Below are positions 56,320-64,000 of a stretch of 64,000 nucleotides of DNA, piece after piece. The notes beneath the pieces were generated by a model, which saw nothing but the letters and a program-made list of their open reading frames with translations, had not been told where the DNA came from and made no database searches. The DNA lies in the IMG/VR virus record IMGVR_UViG_3300050821_024094, positions 1 to 64,000 of that record; one strand, 5' to 3'. Made by a program: the position numbers and the translations under genes. How positions within the stretch are numbered: position 1 is the stretch's first letter; each line of letters opens with the position of its first letter. Source of the stretch: a virus.

Positions 56320-57861
56320 TTATTGACTGAAGGTTTCAGTGTGAGGGTCGAACTTGAACGACGTTGATCCTCGATTGCCGAGGGCCTTGAAGCGGAACTT
56401 TTTCCCGTGGATGAAGGTCTCCCCGAGGGTCTCGTTTCGGTCCACGACGATTCCAATGTCGGGCTTATTGACCCAGGCGGCGGAACCGTCTGCGTCATAG
56501 AGGGACATGTCGCCGCTCTCCTTCATGCCGCCCGACTTGGTTGGGTGGACGACGACGATCACGAGCACGTCGTATGAATGGGCGAAGCGCTTGAGCGCGC
56601 GGATGGCGCGGTTTGCGTACTGCGTTTCGTTCTCGTCCTTTCGGCGACAGTGTTCGAGTTCGTTCCAGGGATCGATGAGCAGCACCTTGATGCCGTCCCG
56701 AATGACGGCATCGGCCGCGCGATCAATCAGCCATTCCAGTGTTGGGTCTTCGTCCTCGGTTCGAGGATCGATGTGGAAGAACGCGAAGTGCCGATTGATC
56801 CATTCGTCCGCCAGCTCGCGATCATCCGATGACCAATCCGGCCGAGCCTTGCCGGCGTGGTGCGTGCGCAGGATGTCGCGAACGTAGGGGACAGTCGGCA
56901 TCTCGAAGCTCGCAATGCCGGCGTTCCAGTGATGGAGCTTCACGGTCTGGCAGAGGGTTTGCAGCGTCCAGGTCGACTTGCCAGAGCCGGGCGCACCGAG
57001 CACGACCATGAACATCCCGGTCGCCAGCATGATCGAGCACAGGCCGGGCGCATGAGCGGGCGTGTCGAGGCGGCCAAAGCCAGTCGAGTAGACGGTCGGC
57101 GGTGGCGCGTCCGGGAAGTCGCGCAGGTGATAGATGCCGCGCACCGGGAACGGCGCTGCGTCATGGATCAACCGGCAGACGGCGCTGGCGCCTTGCTGCT
57201 TGAGCACCTCGTTGGCGTCCGGCTTCTCGCCCTTGAGGTCGGGGAAGCGAACGAACGAGCAGCGCACGCGACCGAGGCGGCGGGCGATTTCGTCTCGGAG
57301 CCGCTCTCCCTGCTCGTCACCATCGGTGAACAGGATGTGGCGCTTGATCTCCTTGAGCCGGTCCCAATTGTTGAAGATGTAGCTGTACTTGTCGTCGTGC
57401 TCGGGGTCGATGTCGTCGGCAGTCTGCGGCACAGGAGGGAATGGCTTGCCGTTCTTGTCACGCGCAGCCGGCGCACCATCCGGCACGGAGACGACGAAGG
57501 GATAACCCGCCTGGATCACTGCGAGGCAATCGGGCTCGCCCTCCACCCAGACCAGCGCAGCCTCGCCCGTTTTGAGCGCGGGATCATCGAGGACGTCGGA
57601 GTTGTAGAGCGTCTTCTTGCCGCCCACCTTCTGCCACAGCCGCTTGCCGGCGGCGCGATACTTGGCGTTTACCTCCTGGCCGGCTTCGAGATACGGAAAG
57701 ACGAGGATATCGCCGTTCGCGTCAGCGACGACCACGTTCTCGGGGTTTGCTTCATCGCCACGACGCTCGAGCCGACCGCTGAAGACTCCCATACGTAGGA
57801 CGGTCTCGACGTCGATCGCTCGGCCTTCGAACCACGCCAAAGCTCTTGGATTGACCGTCAT
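56320..57861 (-). CDS. TOPRIM primase - SF4 helicase (T7 gp4/Twinkle-like) without Zn domain
   Basis: VEGEPD, SVPDGA, DGD..G, DANE; GAPGSGKS, IDPWN, VVHP.K. Confidence 0.9.
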   Translation of the reverse strand: MTVNPRALAWFEGRAIDVETVLRMGVFSGRLERRGDEANPENVVVADANGDILVFPYLEAGQEVNAKYRAAGKRLWQKVGGKKTLYNSDVLDDPALKTGEAALVWVEGEPDCLAVIQAGYPFVVSVPDGAPAARDKNGKPFPPVPQTADDIDPEHDDKYSYIFNNWDRLKEIKRHILFTDGDEQGERLRDEIARRLGRVRCSFVRFPDLKGEKPDANEVLKQQGASAVCRLIHDAAPFPVRGIYHLRDFPDAPPPTVYSTGFGRLDTPAHAPGLCSIMLATGMFMVVLGAPGSGKSTWTLQTLCQTVKLHHWNAGIASFEMPTVPYVRDILRTHHAGKARPDWSSDDRELADEWINRHFAFFHIDPRTEDEDPTLEWLIDRAADAVIRDGIKVLLIDPWNELEHCRRKDENETQYANRAIRALKRFAHSYDVLVIVVVHPTKSGGMKESGDMSLYDADGSAAWVNKPDIGIVVDRNETLGETFIHGKKFRFKALGNRGSTSFKFDPHTETFSQ

Positions 57862-58066
57862 ACCGCCGCCCTCCAGTCCAGCCGCAGTTGAAGCAATTCC
57901 AGACCACGCCCTCGCCATCGATCCGCACGGACAGGCAAGGTTCTCGCTTGCGCTTTCGTTTGTGTGAGCATTCGGGGCATAGGGCTTTCTGGTTTCCGTT
58001 TCGGTGTGGTCGGGCGTTGATGTGGAACTCGTTGAGGATGTCACTCGCACTCAGGGTGTCAGACAT
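57752..58066 (-). CDS. Stand-alone primase zinc-binding domain
   Basis: CPECS..RK....CLSV...WNCFNCGW.G. Confidence 0.75.
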   Translation of the reverse strand: MSDTLSASDILNEFHINARPHRNGNQKALCPECSHKRKRKREPCLSVRIDGEGVVWNCFNCGWTGGRRYDGQSKSFGVVRRPSDRRRDRPTYGSLQRSARASWR

Positions 58067-58074
58067 GCGGCGCC

Positions 58075-58920
58075 TCAGATGTGAAAGGAGCGCTTCGGCG
58101 CCGAGCCTGGAGGTGGTCGCCTCGACCGGAACTCGACCTCGTTGCCAACCCAGGTGCGGAACGCCGCTCGCCAGTCCACGAACCTATTGCCCTTCGCCGT
58201 GTGGTGATCTCGAAAGCGTAGGAACATCCGATCGAGTTCGGGATCGGCGAAGCCGCGCTCTTGCCCGAAGGCGCGCAGGGCGTCGTCAAGAGCGAAGCCT
58301 TCCGGCCAAGCGGTCGCCACGCTGCGCGGCTTGCGTTCCGCCCTCGCCTTGGATGGGATGTTGATCGGGTTCGCCGCCCCCAACAAATCCGTGGCGGGCG
58401 TCCCCTCCCGCGAGGGAGGGGATAAGGCGAGGGTTTCTTTCTGTTCTTGTTCTTGTTTATGTAAGTGTAAGTGTGCATCGGAAGCCATTGGGGGAGCATT
58501 GGCTACCTGATCGGTAGGCGATAACTTGGCTATAGGTTGCCTATCGGTGTTTTGTTGATTTGACTTAGCTTTTCCCCACCGACGAGAAGCGCCCTCCACG
58601 CCACCATCGGATTGAGATTTCGTGCGCGTTTTTTGAGTGGCAATTTCCTCCGCAGCGACCGGGTTAAAAAGGCGACCGTTTTCCGTAGTGGCGAGCTTGC
58701 CGGCCGTGATCAGACTGGCGACCGCAGCCGCCACTTTCCTTTCCGAAAGGTGGGCGCGCAGAGCCAGTGAACGGGCCGTCTCCGCGATCGGGCCGCCCAC
58801 CTCGTACATGCGCAAGATGGCGATGACGTAGGTGTAGCCTTCCTCTGCGGTCATCGCGGAGAGCGCCCCGAGCAGCTTGGTCGGATAGCATGGGAACCAC
58901 GGAAGGCGCTCCTCGCTCAT
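58075..58920 (-). CDS. DUF1376/YdaU-like replication initiator
   Basis: PWF..YP...L, EE.Y.Y...L..Y; C-terminal DW.AAFR.W. Confidence 0.75.
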   Translation of the reverse strand: MSEERLPWFPCYPTKLLGALSAMTAEEGYTYVIAILRMYEVGGPIAETARSLALRAHLSERKVAAAVASLITAGKLATTENGRLFNPVAAEEIATQKTRTKSQSDGGVEGASRRWGKAKSNQQNTDRQPIAKLSPTDQVANAPPMASDAHLHLHKQEQEQKETLALSPPSREGTPATDLLGAANPINIPSKARAERKPRSVATAWPEGFALDDALRAFGQERGFADPELDRMFLRFRDHHTAKGNRFVDWRAAFRTWVGNEVEFRSRRPPPGSAPKRSFHI

Positions 58921-59213
58921 GCCGCCCTCCGTTCACGCATTGGGAAGAAGCCGCGCATGCGCAGGTGGCTGGCGACGAACCAACGGGCGAGCGGAGCCGT
59001 CCAATGGTCGTTGCACTTGAACTCGCGATCACCCCTCTCGACCCGACGGTGCCATCGGATGCGATGAAGAATGGCGTCGGACGAGTAGTGCTTGAAACCC
59101 GATGAGCGGACCTCGAAGGCGAAACGCTCGAACAGACTGCACACGTCTTCGGGGATGCCCTCCGGCATCTGGACCGGCTCCAAGCTGGCGCAGAGATCCA
59201 CGAGGTCCATCAT
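58917..59213 (-). CDS. Hypothetical phage protein
   Basis: FERFA, HYS...I..RIRW, FK.ND, GFF..R. Confidence 0.65.
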   Translation of the reverse strand: MMDLVDLCASLEPVQMPEGIPEDVCSLFERFAFEVRSSGFKHYSSDAILHRIRWHRRVERGDREFKCNDHWTAPLARWFVASHLRMRGFFPMRERRAA

Positions 59214-59836
59214 GCTGCCTCCGCTGGCGTGTGGTCCTCCCAGGAGACGCGGCGGACCTCGTAGTGGTCGCAGCGGTGCTCGCGGTCCCAGACGAACCAG
59301 GCGAACGCCATACCGCTGTTTGCCTTCCGCCCTTCCCAGCCGGCGCGGTGCATCATCGGGAGCCGCTTGCGGAACACCCAAACGCGGGCGAGGTGACCGC
59401 CATCGAGTGCGAAGCGGCGAGCTTGGCCTGCCTCTGAGCGGCTGTTGCCACCCTCCAGGAACGCGAGGCGCAAGAGGAAGTAGACCCGCGGCACCATCCC
59501 GATCGCCTTCTCAGCAAAGCGCGCTGCGAGCTTGAACGGCGGATTGGTGATGATCGCCTCGGCGCCCATCCACGCCCTTCGCTCCAACAGGAAATCACAG
59601 CCGGCTTCCGATTCCGGGCAGCCGTAGTCGCGGAGATCGCTGGCATAGACGGTGTGTCCAGCGTCGCGTAGCACGCGCACGATGGCGCCAGGCCCACAGG
59701 CGGGCTCCCAGATTTTCCGTGGCAGGCGCTCGACACCCATGAGCGCGTGGACGGCGACGGCCGGCGTCTCATAGAGATCGTCGCCGCGAGCGGCGAGCTT
59801 GTCTCGTTTATTGCCGAGTGAGGAATCCAATGGCAC
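59210..59836 (-). CDS. Small amino-DNA methyltransferase
   Basis: D.Y.TP, WEPACGPG, ITNPPF, AWFVW. Confidence 0.85.
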   Translation of the reverse strand: MPLDSSLGNKRDKLAARGDDLYETPAVAVHALMGVERLPRKIWEPACGPGAIVRVLRDAGHTVYASDLRDYGCPESEAGCDFLLERRAWMGAEAIITNPPFKLAARFAEKAIGMVPRVYFLLRLAFLEGGNSRSEAGQARRFALDGGHLARVWVFRKRLPMMHRAGWEGRKANSGMAFAWFVWDREHRCDHYEVRRVSWEDHTPAEAA

Positions 59837-59842
59837 GAGCGC

Positions 59843-60346
59843 TCACCTCGCCTTCGGATGGCGATACGCGATGCGGGCATGGAACGTGCAGTAGGGCTTG
59901 CACTCGCCCTCACCCGCCGCATTGCCGCAGAAAGCGAAGCCGTCCTCGAGCGGATCTCCGAGCGGGAAATGACATTTGATCGAGGAGAGCTCGATGATGG
60001 AGCAGTTAAGCTCGGGCATCGGCGATGCGACATCGACTGCATCGTAGAAAGCCGGCCGCACACGCCGCTCATAGGCACGCGCAGTGGAGCGACGCACACG
60101 TGCCTCTCTCGGTTTGCGCGAGACAACGAGCAGGAGACGGTGCGCCTTGCCGATGCAGGCGTTCCGCGTCAGTACGCCACCGTGCTCCTCGTTGATCCGC
60201 TCGGCGATCAGCGAGAAAGAGATGCCCTCGGAAATGAGCGCCTTAAGCATTTCGGTCCGCTCGGCGGTCCAGGTCGTATTGTTGCGACCGGCGGGCTTGT
60301 GGACCGGGGTGGCGTACTGCGGCGCGACCATGACGTGCATGTTCAT
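59843..60346 (-). CDS. gcrA: GcrA-like cell-cycle regulator
   Basis: WT.ER.E.LK, TRNA.IGK.HRL, C.FP.GDP, FCG, PYC..H..IAY. Confidence 0.88.
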   Translation of the reverse strand: MNMHVMVAPQYATPVHKPAGRNNTTWTAERTEMLKALISEGISFSLIAERINEEHGGVLTRNACIGKAHRLLLVVSRKPREARVRRSTARAYERRVRPAFYDAVDVASPMPELNCSIIELSSIKCHFPLGDPLEDGFAFCGNAAGEGECKPYCTFHARIAYRHPKAR

Positions 60347-60825
60347 ACGAACGCTCTCCTGGCTTGACGGGCGCGGTACCACGCGAGAAGCGCGGCCTCG
60401 GCGAGGTTGTGGTCTTTCTTGAAAGCAAACAGCGAAGCGCGCTGCGGAAACATCTCGATCGCGCGCTGACGGCTGAGCTCGCCGTCCTTGGTCAGGCCGA
60501 GTGCCTTCTTCCAAACGCGGGGCTCAGCCTTGAAGAGTGGGATGCCGAACAGCATGACGGTCGCGCGCAGTGATCCGTTGGCGTCGCCGAAGCGAAACGT
60601 CGAGGAGAGGCCCTGCCCCGGCATTGCGCCGACGCGCTCCAGGATGGCCTCGGTCGGTCGCTGCATCTGAAGCCACGCCCACATCGCGTTGACGTCGACG
60701 TAGCGCTTGGAGCCCTCCCCGATCACCGGGACGCGGATTGCGCTGACGTCGTTGGTGTCAGGCGCGTACACCGCGAGCCCTCCTTCAAGTCCGGGGTCGA
60801 TGCCGAGGATGCGAGGATCGCTCAT
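60343..60825 (-). CDS. RuvC-like Holliday junction resolvase
   Basis: ILGIDPG, LERV..MP.QG, P..WK, AEAALL. Confidence 0.8.
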   Translation of the reverse strand: MSDPRILGIDPGLEGGLAVYAPDTNDVSAIRVPVIGEGSKRYVDVNAMWAWLQMQRPTEAILERVGAMPGQGLSSTFRFGDANGSLRATVMLFGIPLFKAEPRVWKKALGLTKDGELSRQRAIEMFPQRASLFAFKKDHNLAEAALLAWYRARQARRAFV

Positions 60826-61052
60826 TGACTGCCTTTGGTGATCTGATCGTTGAGCCTGCCGAGGATCGCGAGTGCTTCTCGCGGTCCGTGCCTGTCAGCA
60901 ATGAAGAGGACGATCGCCTCGACCGCGGAGGTCGCCGTCCGGAGACAGCGGTCTTCACCTTGCTTTTCAGTGAGCTTGCGGATCGCCTCGACGAACTTGG
61001 CCACCTCCTTGCCTTCCGGCTCGAAGGTGGGTTCGCCCCAGAAGCGGCTCAC
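60822..61052 (-). CDS. Hypothetical protein
   Basis: Coupled ORF. Confidence 0.55.
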   Translation of the reverse strand: MSRFWGEPTFEPEGKEVAKFVEAIRKLTEKQGEDRCLRTATSAVEAIVLFIADRHGPREALAILGRLNDQITKGSQ

Positions 61053-61055
61053 GAC

Positions 61056-61640
61056 TTAGAGCCTCCGGTGCGCGTGCTCCCCCATCGGGGGCGGCGGCTT
61101 GAAGGGCATGTCGATGTCGTGAAGGATCAGATCGACGCTGGCGTAGAGATCCTTGAGCGAGCCATCGTTGTGAATGACGTAGTCGCCCTGGATGTCGTGC
61201 CGCTCGCTTTCGTGATTGGCGTGAGCCGTGGTGGTACCGTCCCTCACGATCTGGATGATCTTGCCGGCGCGCTGGCGGACCGCCTCTGCTTCGTTGGGGA
61301 AGCGGACGTCGTCGGCAACGATCCAGTACCGAAAGAACGAGTCGACGCGGGCATTCCAGATGTTGGTCCAGATGTCCCCGCCGATTTGATCACGGCCCCA
61401 CTCGGTCCCGATCGTGATCATCGCGAAGCGCGGGCTCTTGCCGCAAAGCAGCTTGCACGACTGATCCTTGAGCGAGCCTTCGATCTGGTCCTCCGTGAGC
61501 CCGATGGCGCGCAGCATGTCCTTGAGCGGGTCAGCGAACTTCACGACCTTGAAGCCGTGCATGCGCGTGAGATAGCGGGCGACCTCTGACTTTCCGCAGC
61601 CGGCGCGACCGTGCAGGCCGATGATGGCGGGATCACGCAT
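61056..61640 (-). CDS. Deoxynucleoside monophosphate kinase
   Basis: IIGL.G.AG.GKS, FADPLK, GTEWGR, DVRFPNE, H.SE. Confidence 0.9.
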   Translation of the reverse strand: MRDPAIIGLHGRAGCGKSEVARYLTRMHGFKVVKFADPLKDMLRAIGLTEDQIEGSLKDQSCKLLCGKSPRFAMITIGTEWGRDQIGGDIWTNIWNARVDSFFRYWIVADDVRFPNEAEAVRQRAGKIIQIVRDGTTTAHANHESERHDIQGDYVIHNDGSLKDLYASVDLILHDIDMPFKPPPPMGEHAHRRL

Positions 61641-62121
61641 AGCGCTGCGCTCCAGCACACAGCGGCTTCGGTTGAGGCGAGCCAGTGCGGTTGACGTGGG
61701 ACTGGATGCCGCGATGAACGCCGGAATGATCGAGGAGATTGAGGAAGCCCGCGATGTGAGCCAGGCTCCAGCCGGTGTCGCGACGGATCAGGTACATAAG
61801 CTCCTGACGCGCGGTCGTGACCGGGAGACGCTTGCTATAGCCCTTGATGACGTGTTCCGGGATGGCGTGGCGCGTGCAGACGTCCTCCGTATGGTGGCGA
61901 GCGATCGCCGGCCAATGATGCCGGATACTCGGGGAGAGCGTCGCGGGAAGCGGAGTGATGGCGCCTTTGACTGGCGCTGTCGCCAGTTCCCGGCTCGCCG
62001 GCGGGGCCTGAGTGTCTTTCTTCGCAGTGAAGGCGGAACCAGCCGCCGCCATACGGGCTTTGACATCTCGGTAGCCGCGCACGAGATCGCGGCCCGAGCT
62101 GGGCTCGGTGTTCAAGTTCAT
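61633..62121 (-). CDS. DnaA C-terminal-like HTH protein
   Basis: ARQ..MYL.R..T..SL..IA......DHS.V..G. Confidence 0.7.
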   Translation of the reverse strand: MNLNTEPSSGRDLVRGYRDVKARMAAAGSAFTAKKDTQAPPASRELATAPVKGAITPLPATLSPSIRHHWPAIARHHTEDVCTRHAIPEHVIKGYSKRLPVTTARQELMYLIRRDTGWSLAHIAGFLNLLDHSGVHRGIQSHVNRTGSPQPKPLCAGAQRYA

Positions 62122-62204
62122 GTGGTAGGGTCTCTGTTAGATTTTATTTGGAGGGCGGCGTGGCCGGTTTATCCGACCACGCCGTAGTTCGAAGGGCTCG
62201 TCGT

Positions 62205-62612
62205 TTAGGCGGTCGAGACTTTTTCATCGAGCGCCCGCGCATGACGGGAGCACTCGGAACGATACGCGGCGCGCAGATTCTCGTAGACGTCCCAGTAGAT
62301 TCCTTTGGGACGGCGATACTCAAGATTCCACAGCAACGTCGGTGGCAATCGGTGCCGCACGGACAACCGGCGCATGGCGGTCTCCTTGTCGCCAGGGAAA
62401 CGGGTTTCCATCTTCACCATCTCCTGGGACATGCGGACCGCCTCGTCCATGTAGCCGGAGGGGTTGCTGATCCCACCTTGCTTCAACAGCAAAGACTCTT
62501 TGCTGCATTGCAAAAACTCTTGGGGGATACTCTTCATCGTTGAGGTTGGGATTTGAAGGAGGCGCCACGATGAGGGAACGATGGGCGCGGCCAGTAGATC
62601 GGTGCCGCTCAT
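62205..62612 (-). CDS. Hypothetical early protein (CII position)
   Basis: E.R.PGD...AM.RL, LW.L.YR; start uncertain. Confidence 0.5.
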   Translation of the reverse strand: MSGTDLLAAPIVPSSWRLLQIPTSTMKSIPQEFLQCSKESLLLKQGGISNPSGYMDEAVRMSQEMVKMETRFPGDKETAMRRLSVRHRLPPTLLWNLEYRRPKGIYWDVYENLRAAYRSECSRHARALDEKVSTA

Positions 62613-62941
62613 GCTGCAACTCCCGCGCCGGCATCACGTGCGGACGCGCGCGTAGCACGGTCCGTGCCAACGCCAGCACGACGAATTTCCGCCTGCTGGA
62701 TGGCAGTCATGTAGGTTTCGAGGATCGCGTCTTGTTCGGCCCGCTCGGAAGCATCCTTACGGCGAAACGCGATGACAGACTTGAGCGCTTTGACGTCGTA
62801 TCCGGCGCCCTTGGCTTCCTGATAGATGTCGCGCTTGTCGTCGTTGAGGTCTTTGATTTCCGCTTCGAGGTGCTCGACCCGCTCTACGAGGGAAAGCAAT
62901 TGTTCTCCCGCGGCTGAACTGGAACCATTTCCGTTTGACAT
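62609..62941 (-). CDS. gapR: GapR/DUF2312-like nucleoid protein
   Basis: QL...VERVE.LE.E, D...EAK..GYD.K, R.EQ.AIL..Y. Confidence 0.88.
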   Translation of the reverse strand: MSNGNGSSSAAGEQLLSLVERVEHLEAEIKDLNDDKRDIYQEAKGAGYDVKALKSVIAFRRKDASERAEQDAILETYMTAIQQAEIRRAGVGTDRATRASARDAGAGVAA

Positions 62942-62973
62942 GGTTGCCTCTCCGAACTCAGGGACGCGGTGTA

Positions 62974-63020
62974 TGCGGTTATTTTTCCGCTTTGTCAACC
63001 GGAAAGGTCTTTTAACCGCA
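62974..63020. promoter_or_regulatory. Divergent immunity promoter / operator region
   Basis: TTGACA on minus at 62993-62998; GCGG-N8-CCGC; inverted TGCGGTTA/TAACCGCA. Confidence 0.6.
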
Positions 63021-63107
63021 CCAATGGGGTTTTTTCCATGGGTGACAAGTGTTAGACATGCGCCGGAAGGGGTCCCGGTCTGAAATTTTGGGGGCGCGGA
63101 TTTAGTC

Positions 63108-63875
63108 ATGACCAGCGACAAGAACACGCCATATGCGATGCAACTGGCGGATATCCTTGCGAGAATCGAATCGCGACAGAAGGTGGTCGGACTTAGTGAC
63201 CACGCCGCCAGTCTCGAGGCAGGGCTGTCTCGTGACGCAATCCGAAGCATGCGCCGCGGCTTGAAGGACGGCAAACAAGAGGGGGTGCAGTCCAGAACTA
63301 TCCGCGCGCTCGCGGCACCCCTGCACACGACACCTGAATGGTTGATGACTGGCGAAGGGCCGGAGTCTCTCGACGCCGACGAGATTGCACCGCGTGCGCC
63401 CTTCCTCGAGGTGGTGGGAGAGATAGCCGCTGGCGTGTGGATTGCGGCAGACAAGCACTTGGTCGACCCGCCGCGCCTGCCTTATTTGGTCCCTCCAGAC
63501 CCCATGTATTCGCAGTCAGCGCAATTTGCGCTGATCATGCGCGGCTCATCGTTCAACCGATACGCCGCAGATGGCGACGCCGTCATTTGCATCGACGTGC
63601 GGCGGGCGAACCTGCGACTTCAGAACAACGATTTGGTTTTGGCCTGGAGCGTTCAAGTCGGCGGCTCCCTGAGAGAAATCACGGCGCGTCGACTGCATCT
63701 GCAGCGAAACGGTACTGGCGAGCTCACCTATGAATCGACGGATGATCGCTTCGCGTCGACGACCGAGCGCGTCTCACTGCGAGACGAAGGCCGTGTGACT
63801 AAAGTCGGAGCAGCGGAGATTTCAGTCACTGCCGTCGTGTGTGGCATCTATCGCTCCGTGCCACGCGGAAATTAG
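63108..63875 (+). CDS. CI/LexA-like repressor (HTH plus S24 domain)
   Basis: LA..L.TTPEWL.TG.G, GEIAAG, G.S, divergent from early operon. Confidence 0.85.
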   Translation: MTSDKNTPYAMQLADILARIESRQKVVGLSDHAASLEAGLSRDAIRSMRRGLKDGKQEGVQSRTIRALAAPLHTTPEWLMTGEGPESLDADEIAPRAPFLEVVGEIAAGVWIAADKHLVDPPRLPYLVPPDPMYSQSAQFALIMRGSSFNRYAADGDAVICIDVRRANLRLQNNDLVLAWSVQVGGSLREITARRLHLQRNGTGELTYESTDDRFASTTERVSLRDEGRVTKVGAAEISVTAVVCGIYRSVPRGN

Positions 63876-64000
63876 GCGAGAATTAGTTCGTATACGTACA
63901 AATTTTAGTTGCGGACCACGAGGGCAACCGGATAAGTCTCCGCTGTTTACGCGAATATAATACCGCCTGAAAGCTGGGGGGCGTCGATGTGGTCTCGTGT

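Noticed and set aside
58430-58640. Replication origin iterons inside the initiator gene
   Set aside because: AT-richer stretch in the expected place, but I could not define clear repeats
1308-62130. Motif acting by pairing with 16S rRNA helix 45 (GUAGGGGAA)
   Set aside because: Only the CCCTAC part is complementary, and most copies lie 5' of the SD, the wrong geometry; the local antisense RNA explains more bases

Overview
The whole window is a GC-rich temperate myophage (prophage or phage contig). The host is probably an alphaproteobacterium, inferred from GcrA- and GapR-like genes. No integrase or att site is visible, and the element runs off the right edge. Reading right to left: CI-like repressor (+); an early operon (GapR, DnaA-C HTH, dNMP kinase, RuvC-like, GcrA, MTase, DUF1376 initiator, split primase-helicase, SSB, probable late regulator); a rightward accessory island (ParB, ligase, SRAP, DUF4942-MTase, HtpX); a ParB/MTase cluster; TerS/TerL; a portal separated from its neighbours by two ~5 kb insertions; scaffold and capsid; Mu-like neck; P2-like contractile tail; lysis genes; and a metallophosphoesterase. 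Main finding: an unannotated ~104-nt three-hairpin small RNA candidate (54330-54433, minus strand) with its own predicted promoter and terminator. Its loop UGUGGUAG(GG) is complementary to a (C)CCTACCAC motif found by eye at the translation-initiation regions of at least 13 phage genes across the window, suggesting a phage-wide RNA regulon. Other highlights: three tandem membrane paralogs with conserved ends and AT-rich variable cores, a repeated 18-bp operator palindrome, an atypical tRNA-Gly, a homopolymer-frameshifted Rap1a-like immunity gene, a second TerS-like gene, and a repressor whose catalytic Lys appears replaced by Arg. All family calls are motif recognition by eye; no searches were run.
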